Below, in pieces: positions 42,905-51,872 of a stretch of DNA of 64,000 nt. How positions within the stretch are numbered: position 1 is the first letter of the stretch; the number at the start of each line of letters is the position of its first letter. Where the stretch lies: positions 4,015 through 68,014 of the forward strand of contig PEBX01000006.1 in the NCBI GenBank assembly GCA_003050645.1, read 5' to 3'. The position numbers and the translations under genes were made by a program. The notes beneath the pieces were generated by a model. That model had not been told where the DNA came from. It searched no databases and was given only the letters and a program-made list of their open reading frames with translations. Source of the stretch: Candidatus Carbonibacillus altaicus (GTDB taxonomy: Bacteria; Bacillota; Bacilli; Thermicanales; DSM-22653).

Positions 42905-43852
42905 GTGCTTCATATTTATAAGTCGTCCGTCGATGGACGAATCGAGCGCGTACCGGATATCATGCGTAATACATGGATCCACCTGGTGACCCCGACGGAT
43001 GCGGAGCTTCATAAAGTAAGTGAGACGCTTCACGTACCGCTCGATGTTTTACTGGAGCCGCTTGATGCGGCGGAGCAACCATATATTATCCGGCGTGGTG
43101 AACTTGTACTCATCGTCATCCATGTGCCGATTCTTCAAGCAGAAGGAGAAGAACTCGTTGACATGCCACCTTATCGTATGTTGCCCCTCGGCATTTTACA
43201 CCTGCGCGATCATTTGATAACGATCGTTCGCGAAGATCACCCGCTTTTTCATGCTTTTTTCTCCGGCCGAGTGAGCAGTTTTGCGACGCATATGAAGACG
43301 CGGATAACACTTAAAATCTTAAGCGCAACGTCACAGGCGTATTTAACGACGGTTTCCCGTTTGGAACGCATGATCGCCCATACGGAAGAGGAGCTCGCGC
43401 GCACGTATCGCAACCCGGAGCTTTACAAGCTGATGAATATCAATGAAAGCCTCCTGTACATGCGTACCTCGCTGAAACAGATGATCTTTGTGTTGAGGAA
43501 GATTATGAACGGGGGGTACATCAAGCTGTATGACGACGATGTCGATGTCCTGGAAGATGCTATGATTGAGCTGGAACAGGCGCACGATGCGGCGAGCGTC
43601 CATCAGTCGACGCTTACCTCGGTGATGGACGCCTATGGAAACGTGATTCAGATCAATGTGAACGGCATTTTGAAACTTCTCACCGCTTTAACTGTCATCG
43701 TGGCCGTACCGACGCTTATCGCCAGTATGTTTTCGATGAACGTGCCACTTTATATCGAAGATTATCCGCATGGGTTTAAGGTGCTGATGGCTGTGATCGT
43801 TGTCGTCACAGGGCTGTTTACGTATGTATTTTACCGTCTGCGATATTTATAG
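42905..43852 (+). CDS. CorA-family transporter, paralogue 3 (SMN instead of GMN)
   Basis: Similar to paralogue 1 from the first residues (VLHIYKSSVDGRIERV versus MLTIYKSDTDGQLVET). The signature reads FSMNVP. I prefer the GTG at 42905. The maximal ORF starts at 42896. Confidence 0.8.
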   Translation: MLHIYKSSVDGRIERVPDIMRNTWIHLVTPTDAELHKVSETLHVPLDVLLEPLDAAEQPYIIRRGELVLIVIHVPILQAEGEELVDMPPYRMLPLGILHLRDHLITIVREDHPLFHAFFSGRVSSFATHMKTRITLKILSATSQAYLTTVSRLERMIAHTEEELARTYRNPELYKLMNINESLLYMRTSLKQMIFVLRKIMNGGYIKLYDDDVDVLEDAMIELEQAHDAASVHQSTLTSVMDAYGNVIQINVNGILKLLTALTVIVAVPTLIASMFSMNVPLYIEDYPHGFKVLMAVIVVVTGLFTYVFYRLRYL

Positions 43853-44030
43853 GAACGTTAAGAGACATGTATAGACAATAGACACACAAAAAAACATTTG
43901 TCAGTCGGGGGCCCACATGCGTTAAAGGTAGGTCAATTCGTACAGAATGATGAATAGACAGACAAGGAACGAAGTTAAGGGACAGAAAACGCACGAGTCA
44001 TTAACCATAGAAAACGGAGGAGGGTGTGCC

Positions 44031-44546
44031 ATGGTTCGGCATGTCGGTCGGACGGTGACGTTTTTAAGCGCACTCGTCTATCTCGTTCTTGTTTTACTGT
44101 TTAGTTTACCCAAAGTCCAGCTGCCACTGGATACTTCCGCTTTTCCGGCGTGGATCGCCACGTTTAACGGGATCGCTGCAGTCTTTTTGATCCTGGCTTA
44201 TGTGGCGATACGTGCCCGGCGGATCACACTCCACCGTAATTTGATCTTTTCGGCTCTGGGCGCATCAGGGTTGTTTTTATTAACGTATGTGCTGTATCAC
44301 ATGAGTACCCCTTCTACGCCATATGGTGGGGAAGGCTGGCTTAAGATCGTTTACTACGTGCTACTCATAAGCCACATTTTGCTTGCTGCATTGATCGTTC
44401 CGCTTGTTTTGCTCGCCCTCTTTCGCGGTTTGAACCGGGAAGATGCTCTCCACCGTAAGATTGTGCGCTTTGCCTTTCCGCTCTGGCTGTATGTGTCGAT
44501 CAGTGGGGTGCTCGTCTACTGGATGATGCGACCGTATTACGGTTGA
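44031..44546 (+). CDS. DUF420 family membrane protein (CtaM/YozB-like)
   Basis: 171 aa, 4-5 TM segments with conserved His-containing helices (LLISHILLAALIVPLVL, HRKIVRFAFPLWLYVSISGVLVY). The ATG at 44031 follows GGAGGAGGG. Confidence 0.7.
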   Translation: MVRHVGRTVTFLSALVYLVLVLLFSLPKVQLPLDTSAFPAWIATFNGIAAVFLILAYVAIRARRITLHRNLIFSALGASGLFLLTYVLYHMSTPSTPYGGEGWLKIVYYVLLISHILLAALIVPLVLLALFRGLNREDALHRKIVRFAFPLWLYVSISGVLVYWMMRPYYG

Positions 44547-44608
44547 CCTGGACTCAGGCGTTTTATCCGCTGTTTTGCTTGGCGGGAGCCACTTCTTTTA
44601 TCACTTTA

Positions 44609-45163
44609 TCATGTCAGTTTGGAGAAGGTTTCAGGGTGCCACCAGGCCAAGGCGAGAAGCGTCTTAGCATCGATGATACGGCCATCTCGGACGGCGGCTT
44701 GTGCTTCTTCCCGGGTTAGGGCATGGACGGAGAGAAATTCATCGGCGTCCGGTTGTTGCAATAAGAAGCTAAGCCCCTGGGCACTGTACAGATGAATCCC
44801 TTCATCACAAAATCCGGGCGCGGTATAAAAAAAACCGCGCTTGTGCCATGTACTGGCGGTATAGCCGGTCTCTTCTAATAGCTCGCGCTTTGCGGCAGCG
44901 AGCGGATCTTCCTCCGGTTCAAGCTTACCGGCCGGAATCTCCCACGTCTCTCGTTCCAGCGCTTTTCGGAACTGACGGACGAGGAGGACGCGATCGTCTT
45001 TGAGCGCTAAAATGGCGACGGCACCGGGATGAAAGACGAGTTCACGTTCTCCGGTTCTTCCATCGGGGAGCCTTACGGTGTGCACTTCCAGCCGGATGAT
45101 GCGCCCTGTATAGAGTGTACGGGCATGGATCGTCGGTTCGGGCGAAGGTTCAAAATGGGTCAT
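44609..45163 (-). CDS. nudF: ADP-ribose pyrophosphatase (Nudix hydrolase)
   Basis: Nudix box GKLEPEEDPLAAAKRELLEETGY. The 184-aa size and N-terminal beta domain resemble B. subtilis NudF. Confidence 0.8.
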   Translation of the reverse strand: MTHFEPSPEPTIHARTLYTGRIIRLEVHTVRLPDGRTGERELVFHPGAVAILALKDDRVLLVRQFRKALERETWEIPAGKLEPEEDPLAAAKRELLEETGYTASTWHKRGFFYTAPGFCDEGIHLYSAQGLSFLLQQPDADEFLSVHALTREEAQAAVRDGRIIDAKTLLALAWWHPETFSKLT

Positions 45164-45185
45164 CGTTTTTTAGCTCCTTTTATAA

Positions 45186-45254
45186 GCTATCTTGCAATAG
45201 GATGCGACGTATCACTATCGGTTGGTGCTTGCGTGCGGCATGGGGCGTCTTTTC
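45186..45254 (-). repeat. Unclassified ~65-nt element, locus 3 (most divergent copy)
   Basis: The reverse complement reads GAAAAGACGCCCCATGCCGCACGCAAGCACCAACCGATAGTGATACGTCGCATCCTATTGCAAGATAGC. It shares CCCCATGCCGC, GCACCA and GCATCCTAT with loci 1 and 2, and ends ~22 nt upstream of the nudF ATG on the same strand. Confidence 0.65.
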
Positions 45255-45427
45255 TGTGGTAGAGACGGGTAGAGGTAAGCATACGGCCTGTCATGCGGCT
45301 GCGTTGTGTTTCCAAGTTTCGAAGCTTGTTTTGTTTCTAATATAATTGTAACATGGATAAAAGTCGCATAAAATATAGAAGCATTGGATGAAAACCAGGA
45401 GAGAGAACAAGGGGGAGTGCGTTCAGT

Positions 45428-46459
45428 ATGTTTGACGGCGGTCAGTCGTTTAAAGAAGAAAACCGCGATAGCGAGAAGATCCGGCAGACGATACCGGGCA
45501 AATGGCTGGTACGGGGTGGCATGTTATTGGTTTTCGTCCTTCTTCTCATCTGGATCGTCACGACCAGCATTTTTACCGTACAAGAACAAGAACAGGCGGC
45601 GCTCCTTACCTTCGGTCGTTACACGGCGACGGTCGAACAGGCCGGATTACATCTGAAATGGCCCTATCCGTTGCAGCAGGTGATCATCGTCGATGCCAAT
45701 CGTACCAAACGGATGACGATCGGTTACCGGGAGCAGGATGGAAAGGTCGTAGCGGTGCCGGAAGAGGCGCTCATGATTACCGGAGATGAAAACATCGTTT
45801 CGGCCGATGCAGTCGTCGAATGGCGGGTCGGAGATCTGGAAAAATATTTGTTTAATGTAAGCGATCCCGAAGCCTTTTTACGTAATGCGGCGATTGCCAG
45901 CATTCGTTCCGTGATCGGCTCGGTGAAACTCGATTACGCCATTACAGAAGGGAAAACCGACATCCAGGGACGTGTGAAAGAAAAGCTGAATGAACTGAAT
46001 ACGCTTTATGGGACTGGTATACTCGTACTCGATCTTAAGTTTCAGGATATCGAACCGCCGGAAGGTGAGGTCCAGCTCGCCTTTAAGGCTGTGACCAACG
46101 CTCGTGAAGAAAAAAATACGAAGATTAACAATGCCACGAAATACGCCAACGACGTCATCCCCAAGGCGCGCGGTGATGCGCAGGCCATGCTGGAGAAGGC
46201 CGAAGCAGAAAAAAAGGCGCGTATATTGAATGCTGAAGGGGATGTGGCGAAGTTCCGCGCGATTTATACAGAGTATGCTAAAAATCCGGCCATCACCAAG
46301 GAACGGCTTATTCTGGAAACGCTGGAGGCAGTTCTGCCAGGGGCGCAAATTTTTATTACGGACAATAGTGGTGATACGGTAAAATATCTGCCGCTCCATG
46401 AACTGCTCGGGGGCAGACCGTCCGGTGACAATACGGCAAAAGGAGGTGACAGCCGGTGA
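45428..46459 (+). CDS. hflK: FtsH protease modulator HflK (SPFH/band-7 family)
   Basis: N-terminal TM segment, an SPFH domain and a coiled-coil tail (ARGDAQAMLEKAEAEKKARILNAEGD). It is translationally coupled to an HflC-like gene. Confidence 0.8.
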   Translation: MFDGGQSFKEENRDSEKIRQTIPGKWLVRGGMLLVFVLLLIWIVTTSIFTVQEQEQAALLTFGRYTATVEQAGLHLKWPYPLQQVIIVDANRTKRMTIGYREQDGKVVAVPEEALMITGDENIVSADAVVEWRVGDLEKYLFNVSDPEAFLRNAAIASIRSVIGSVKLDYAITEGKTDIQGRVKEKLNELNTLYGTGILVLDLKFQDIEPPEGEVQLAFKAVTNAREEKNTKINNATKYANDVIPKARGDAQAMLEKAEAEKKARILNAEGDVAKFRAIYTEYAKNPAITKERLILETLEAVLPGAQIFITDNSGDTVKYLPLHELLGGRPSGDNTAKGGDSR

Positions 46460-47325
46460 AAGGGCGTCAAGTGACCTGGGCATCTTTGGTCATCATGCTG
46501 GCTCTCATCATCCTCGTTTTGAGTTCGCTTTTTATCGTGCGCGAAGGTGAGTACAAGGTAGTGTTAAAATTCGGACAGGCCGTGCGCATTGTAAGCGAGC
46601 CCGGCATCCAGTGGAAGGTGCCGTTTGTCGAAAGCATCGTCACGCTCCCTAAGCGTCAGCTCGTCTACGAAAGCCCTCCGACGCCGATCTTAACCCGTGA
46701 TAAAAAACCGATCCTCGTCGATAATTACACGATCTGGCGTATTACCGATCCGACCATATTTTTGCGTACGGCGCAGCAAGTTATATCCGGTGAGCAGCTC
46801 ATCGAAAACGCTGTCTACAACACGGTGCGCCGCAAACTCTCTGAGGTCGACTACAGTGAGATCATCAGTGAACAAACTGTGCGCGGCAATCTTTCTGAAG
46901 AGATCACGCGTGAAGTGTACAATCTTTTGTATGAAACGTACGGGATCAGCGTGACCGACGTGCGCATCAAGCGTACCGACCTGCCTGAGGAAAACAAGGA
47001 AAGCGTCTTTAATCGCATGATCTCGGATCGGCAGTCGATGGCCACCAAATATTTGTCGGAAGGCGATGAGGCGTATAAAAAAATAACCGCTCAAGCCGAT
47101 CGCACGGTGCGGGAGACATTGGCAGCGGCCGAAGCGGAGGCGAAAAAGATTATCGCTGAAGGGGAGCAGGAAGCGGCGCGCATTTACAACGATGCTTACA
47201 GCGCCGATCCCGAGTTTTACACGCTCTACCGCACGCTGGAAAGTTACCGTACAACACTCAATGGTCAGCCGGTCATCGTTATGCCTATCGATTCGCCGTA
47301 TACCCGCCTGCTTTTAGGCAAGTGA
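46456..47325 (+). CDS. hflC: FtsH protease modulator HflC (SPFH/band-7 family)
   Basis: TM anchor, an SPFH domain (FIVREGEYKVVLKFGQ) and RTDLPEEN. Its start overlaps the hflK stop by 4 nt. Confidence 0.8.
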   Translation: MKGRQVTWASLVIMLALIILVLSSLFIVREGEYKVVLKFGQAVRIVSEPGIQWKVPFVESIVTLPKRQLVYESPPTPILTRDKKPILVDNYTIWRITDPTIFLRTAQQVISGEQLIENAVYNTVRRKLSEVDYSEIISEQTVRGNLSEEITREVYNLLYETYGISVTDVRIKRTDLPEENKESVFNRMISDRQSMATKYLSEGDEAYKKITAQADRTVRETLAAAEAEAKKIIAEGEQEAARIYNDAYSADPEFYTLYRTLESYRTTLNGQPVIVMPIDSPYTRLLLGK

Positions 47326-49086
47326 GGCAAAATAGGTATGCCATTTTTCATTGACGCGTCTTACAGTCGCTTCATCGGGCTCGACTTCTTTGGGATAAAA
47401 AGGTTTCATGCGCGCGTCGATGATGAGCGGCCCTTCCCAGGATAGCTTGTTGTGATGGACACTTTTCTCGCCGAAGAGGTCGTGGGCCGGATCGAAGCGC
47501 ATGAAGACGGTCCACAAAAATGATGCTTGTGTACGAGCGGTCTCTTCCGCCTGATCGACGAGGAAGATGAGTGGCCACGGCTCCAGATCGGCGCGGTGAC
47601 GCTTTAAGAGGGTGTGCGGCAGATCTTCTGCTGCCTCATAGGAAAGGCCAGATATGACCAGCACACCGGGTGAAAAAACGGCGATCCGATCGATGCCGCT
47701 CAATGCCCCGCTCGTGTACTCACCGGGCAGTGTGCGCCGCACCGGGCCTGTTCCTAACATGATCGCTTTACTGCCGTGGTTAAAGCGTCGCCCTGTGTAA
47801 TCGAGCGTATCCATGGAGGTATCGGGAAGAATCACGAGGTCGTACCTTGGATCAAACCTCTCCAGGATGGCTGTAAGGAGCGCTTTAACATCGCTTAGAT
47901 CGATCATCTGATCGGTCAGCATGAGAAACTTGGTGAGCGTGAGCTGACCTTCGCCGAGAATGCGCAGGCCGTGAGCGAGTGCCTCGCGGCTGTAACTTTC
48001 GCGCACGACAGCACCGGCCAGCGCGTGAAATCCGGTTTCTCCATATGTCCAAAGGCTTTTTACACCTGGCATGATGAGCGGATAAAAGGGCGAGAGCAGG
48101 CGTTGTAAGTATTCACCGATCCAGTAGTCTTCCTGGATCGGTTTACCGACGACGGTCGCCGGAAAGATGGCATCGCGCCGGTGATAGACGCGTTTTAAGT
48201 GAAAAACGGGAAAATCATGCACGAGCGAATAGTATCCGTAGTGGTCGCCGAATGGTCCTTCCGGCCGGCGCTCTTGGGGCGGGACGCTTCCGACAAAGGC
48301 AAATTCGGCTTCGGCGATGAGGGCATGCGGCACACCTTCTGGCCGGGTCATGGGGAGCTTTTGGCCGAGCAAAAAGGATGCAAAGAGAAGCTCTGGGACG
48401 GCTTCGGGGAGCGGGGCGATGGCGGAGACGATGAGGACCGGGGGCCCTCCTAAAAAGACGGTCGCTGGGAGCGCCTCGCCACGCTTTTCAGCTTCATGGT
48501 AGTGAAAACCGCCCCCTTTATGAATTTGCCAATGCATGCCGGTTGTTCTATCGTCAAAGATTTGCATGCGGTACATCCCGAGATTGCCACTCTTTTCTAT
48601 CGGATGTTCGGTGTAGACGAGTGGCAACGTAAAAAAGGGACCGCCATCTTCCGGCCAACTCGTCGTCGCAGGAAGCTTCGTGAGATCAAACGCATCGTCT
48701 ACGATTTCCAGCACGGGGGCACGTCCGCTCGGTACGATGGTTTGCCCGAGGCGGCTTACGAGCGGGATAAGCGTATCTTTAAGGGACCAGAGCGTAGAAA
48801 GACGCGGCGGGAGAAGTTCCGGGAGCGCCTCGACCAGGGTTTGAATCGTTTGTTCCGGGCGCTTGCCGAGCGCGCGCTCCAGTCGCCCGGATGTACCGAA
48901 AAGATTCGTCACGACCGGGTACGGACTGCCGATTATGTGTTCAAACAACAGGGCCGGCCCCCCTTCGGCTATGACGCGGCGGTGTATCTCCGGAAGTTCC
49001 AGCTTTGGATCGACAGGTGTCTTGACGACGGCGAGTTCACCGTCTTTGCGAAGATCTTCGATAAACTGACGTAAGTTCGTATACAC
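47314..49086 (-). CDS. UbiD-family (prenylated-FMN-dependent) decarboxylase
   Basis: 590 aa with a UbiD-like N-terminus (LRQFIEDLRKDGELAVVKTPVDPKLELPEIHRRV) and conserved core blocks (GMYRMQIFDDRTTGMHWQIHKGG). Its 3' end overlaps the hflC 3' end by 12 bp (convergent). Confidence 0.8.
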   Translation of the reverse strand: MYTNLRQFIEDLRKDGELAVVKTPVDPKLELPEIHRRVIAEGGPALLFEHIIGSPYPVVTNLFGTSGRLERALGKRPEQTIQTLVEALPELLPPRLSTLWSLKDTLIPLVSRLGQTIVPSGRAPVLEIVDDAFDLTKLPATTSWPEDGGPFFTLPLVYTEHPIEKSGNLGMYRMQIFDDRTTGMHWQIHKGGGFHYHEAEKRGEALPATVFLGGPPVLIVSAIAPLPEAVPELLFASFLLGQKLPMTRPEGVPHALIAEAEFAFVGSVPPQERRPEGPFGDHYGYYSLVHDFPVFHLKRVYHRRDAIFPATVVGKPIQEDYWIGEYLQRLLSPFYPLIMPGVKSLWTYGETGFHALAGAVVRESYSREALAHGLRILGEGQLTLTKFLMLTDQMIDLSDVKALLTAILERFDPRYDLVILPDTSMDTLDYTGRRFNHGSKAIMLGTGPVRRTLPGEYTSGALSGIDRIAVFSPGVLVISGLSYEAAEDLPHTLLKRHRADLEPWPLIFLVDQAEETARTQASFLWTVFMRFDPAHDLFGEKSVHHNKLSWEGPLIIDARMKPFYPKEVEPDEATVRRVNEKWHTYFASLA

Positions 49087-49119
49087 AGCGTTCCTCCGTT
49101 GGTATTATTGTGATACGGA

Positions 49120-50550
49120 TTACATAATCGGCGAGAAAAGTCGGGCGACGGATTCCAGAGCATGCTGGTAAAGCGGTCGCCTGATAAATTGATACAAATT
49201 GATCTCCTGACTCTCCAGAAAATCTTCTTCAAAACGCCTTTCCATTTCTTTTACGATCGCCGGGTCGTAGATGAGGTAATTGGCTTCAAAATTAAGATAA
49301 AAACTGCGTGCGTCCATGTTAGCCGTGCCGACGGAGACGACGTCTTCATCGACGAGCAATACCTTTGCGTGTAAAAAACCTTTGTGATAGCGATAAATGC
49401 GCACACCGTTTATGAGAAGTTCCCCGATATATGAAGTAGAAGCGTGGTAGACGAGTTTGTGATCGGGAAAGCTGGGAAGGACGATGCGGACATCGACGCC
49501 ACTTAAGGCAGCGGTTTTTAAGGCGACGAGCACGGATTCGTCGGGCACGAGATAGGGCGTGGTGATCCACAGGCGCTGTTCTGCACTGCCGATCATGTTT
49601 AAGATCGAATGCAATATGGCTGGTATCGGTGAATCGGGGCCGCTCGCCACAAGTTGCATCGGGATATGAGTGTTAGGGAGCGAAGTGGAATGTTCGAAGT
49701 CGGGAAAATAACTGGCCCCTTCGAAACGTTTGCCACTCGCAAATTCCCAGTCTTCTCGAAAGACGTATTGCAAGGAGTGAACAGCCTGTCCTTCGACGCG
49801 CAAGTGCGTATCACGCCAGAAGCCGAAGCGCTTGTTTTTTCCGACATATTCATCACCGATGTTAAATCCGCCGAGATAACCGATGCGGCCGTCGACGATA
49901 GTAATCTTACGATGATAGCGGAAGTTCAGTTTGCGCCCGATGATGGGAAAGGTGACCGGGAGAATCGGTATGATTTCTACGCCAGCTTTTTGTAAGGTTT
50001 TCCGAAAGCTTCGGGAGAGAAAGACAGAGCCGACGTGATCGTACATAAAGCGAATGGTCACGCCGTGCTCAGCACGATCGAGGAGCACCTCTAAAAAGCG
50101 GCGACCGAGTTCGTCATCGCGTACGATGTAGTAGGCGAGGTGGATATGGTGTCTCGCTTTTTTTAAATCGTCCAGCATCGCATCGAACAAAGGGTTGCCG
50201 TCTACAAAAATGTCCACCTTGTTTTTTAAAGTCACCGGCGCATGGGCTGCCGTCTCGCCCAGCTGGATGAGCCTTCTTACGAGGAGACTCTGTCCTTCCA
50301 GAGCTCGCTTCTGGTTTTCTTCTTCCAGCTCGCTCATATCGAGTTCTTTTTTATCGCGCGTCAGGCGCTTTTTACGCATGTCGCGACCGAATAAAAGATA
50401 TAAAATAAAACCGACAACCGGTAAAAAAAAGAGCACGAGTAGCCAGGCGATCGTTTTGGCCGGATTTCTTTTTTCCATGATGATGAGCACACCGATCAAG
50501 ACGGTGCTCAAGATAAAAACATAAGCGAGGATCGCCAAGACGTGTTCCAT
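49120..50550 (-). CDS. cls: Cardiolipin synthase
   Basis: Two N-terminal TM helices and two HKD motifs (HRKITIVDG and HAKVLLVDE). Confidence 0.9.
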   Translation of the reverse strand: MEHVLAILAYVFILSTVLIGVLIIMEKRNPAKTIAWLLVLFFLPVVGFILYLLFGRDMRKKRLTRDKKELDMSELEEENQKRALEGQSLLVRRLIQLGETAAHAPVTLKNKVDIFVDGNPLFDAMLDDLKKARHHIHLAYYIVRDDELGRRFLEVLLDRAEHGVTIRFMYDHVGSVFLSRSFRKTLQKAGVEIIPILPVTFPIIGRKLNFRYHRKITIVDGRIGYLGGFNIGDEYVGKNKRFGFWRDTHLRVEGQAVHSLQYVFREDWEFASGKRFEGASYFPDFEHSTSLPNTHIPMQLVASGPDSPIPAILHSILNMIGSAEQRLWITTPYLVPDESVLVALKTAALSGVDVRIVLPSFPDHKLVYHASTSYIGELLINGVRIYRYHKGFLHAKVLLVDEDVVSVGTANMDARSFYLNFEANYLIYDPAIVKEMERRFEEDFLESQEINLYQFIRRPLYQHALESVARLFSPIM

Positions 50551-50649
50551 GACCGCCTCCTTTTGGAATGGAGTTGTCTATCCATGGTGCCTATCGGGTC
50601 GTCTATCCAGTGTGACAATGACTTTTTAAGACGACAGCCGATGCTCTTC

Positions 50650-51465
50650 TTAGGTCAACGGAACAGGGGTTGCTTTACGTTTTTCTAGGACGTGTACTTC
50701 GCGGTAACCGATGTCCCAGGCTAGGCGCACGGCATCATCATAGCGGTAGCCGAGATGCTCGGGCGTATGCGCATCGCTGGAGAGAACGATACCGACACCG
50801 GCAGCAAAGCATTTTTCTAAAAAGGCCCGGCTCGGATACTGCTCTTCGACCGGTTTGCGCCAGCCGGCTGTGGAAAGTTCGATGATTGTGCCGGTCTTTG
50901 CTAAAACTTCTACGACCTCGTTATACAGCGCGTCCAAAAAAGCTTCATCATCCGGGCGGTAGCCAAAAATTTTAATGAGGTCGATATGACCGACAAACTG
51001 AAAGAGGCCGCTTTGTGCGAGCTGGATGACCTGATCAAAGTATGCCCGGTATAGTTTTTTAAGATCCCATTTTTTATACTCCTCGCGATAGATGAGGAGA
51101 TCGATGCCGAACTCGCCGACCCAGTGCACGGAACCGATGACGTAGTCAAAAGGGTAACGTTCAATAAATTGGCGGATGAACTTTTCCTTACCTGGGATAT
51201 AGTCCATCTCTATCCCTAGCTTAACGTTCATTCCTTGCCCGCGCGCTTCTTCATATAGCTTCATATAATCTGCAAAACGAAGCGTCCTGCGGGCCTCCGC
51301 CCAGGGGTGGGTCAAGATGCCGGCCGTCTCATCAAAAAAATAGGCATGTTCGGAGATGCCCAGTTCATCAATCCCTTTCTCCTGAGCGGTTTCTACGTAG
51401 ACCTTTAACCAGTCCAAGGTGAGTCCACGCGATTCCTGTAAGTGTACGTGATAATCGGTGCGCAT
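50650..51465 (-). CDS. Histidinol-phosphatase, PHP (HisJ) family
   Basis: N-terminal DYHVH, an internal GSVHW block and C-terminal SSDAH, as in PHP-family HisJ/HisK phosphatases. Confidence 0.75.
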   Translation of the reverse strand: MRTDYHVHLQESRGLTLDWLKVYVETAQEKGIDELGISEHAYFFDETAGILTHPWAEARRTLRFADYMKLYEEARGQGMNVKLGIEMDYIPGKEKFIRQFIERYPFDYVIGSVHWVGEFGIDLLIYREEYKKWDLKKLYRAYFDQVIQLAQSGLFQFVGHIDLIKIFGYRPDDEAFLDALYNEVVEVLAKTGTIIELSTAGWRKPVEEQYPSRAFLEKCFAAGVGIVLSSDAHTPEHLGYRYDDAVRLAWDIGYREVHVLEKRKATPVPLT

Positions 51466-51804
51466 GCGCTCTCTCCTTTATCGCCTAGATCAAAACATCA
51501 TTCAAAACATCTTAATGATGCGCATCGTTTTGTCCTTCCCATCGGATACATGGGTGCGGTGCAACCGTGAGGTGCAACTTGTTTCTTTATAACTTCATTA
51601 TACATGATTTTTACAGGCTTGGACAATCGTACGGGCGTTCTATTAGAATAGAAATACTTAGAATAGAAATACTGAACACGCTTACTGAAAGAGCTTACCT
51701 TAAAAAATAAAAGAGAAAAATAAAACGGAGGCTGAAAAGTTTGGAACAAAAATGAACAATCTATGAACTTTTATGTGTAACGCTAGGTGATTCCACCCAA
51801 TACA

Positions 51805-51834
51805 TTGACTTAATAGATGTAAGATGAGTAAAAT
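51805..51834 (+). promoter_or_regulatory. Putative SigA promoter of the cta operon
   Basis: -35 TTGACT (51805-51810), an 18-nt spacer, -10 TAAAAT (51829-51834), ~40 nt upstream of the ctaC GTG. Pattern match only. Confidence 0.35.
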
Positions 51835-51872
51835 GTGAATAAGATGTTAACTGCTGCAAAGGGGGATGTGGC

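Noticed and set aside
48496-49074. 192-aa ORF antisense to the UbiD-family gene. Similar antisense ORFs occur at 45878-46483, 39235-39864, 30639-31178, 55183-55779, 10160-10663, 12783-13301 and 46690-47094.
   Set aside because: All are embedded opposite or off-frame in genes with clear family signatures, lack an RBS, and have Arg/Ser-rich low-complexity composition.
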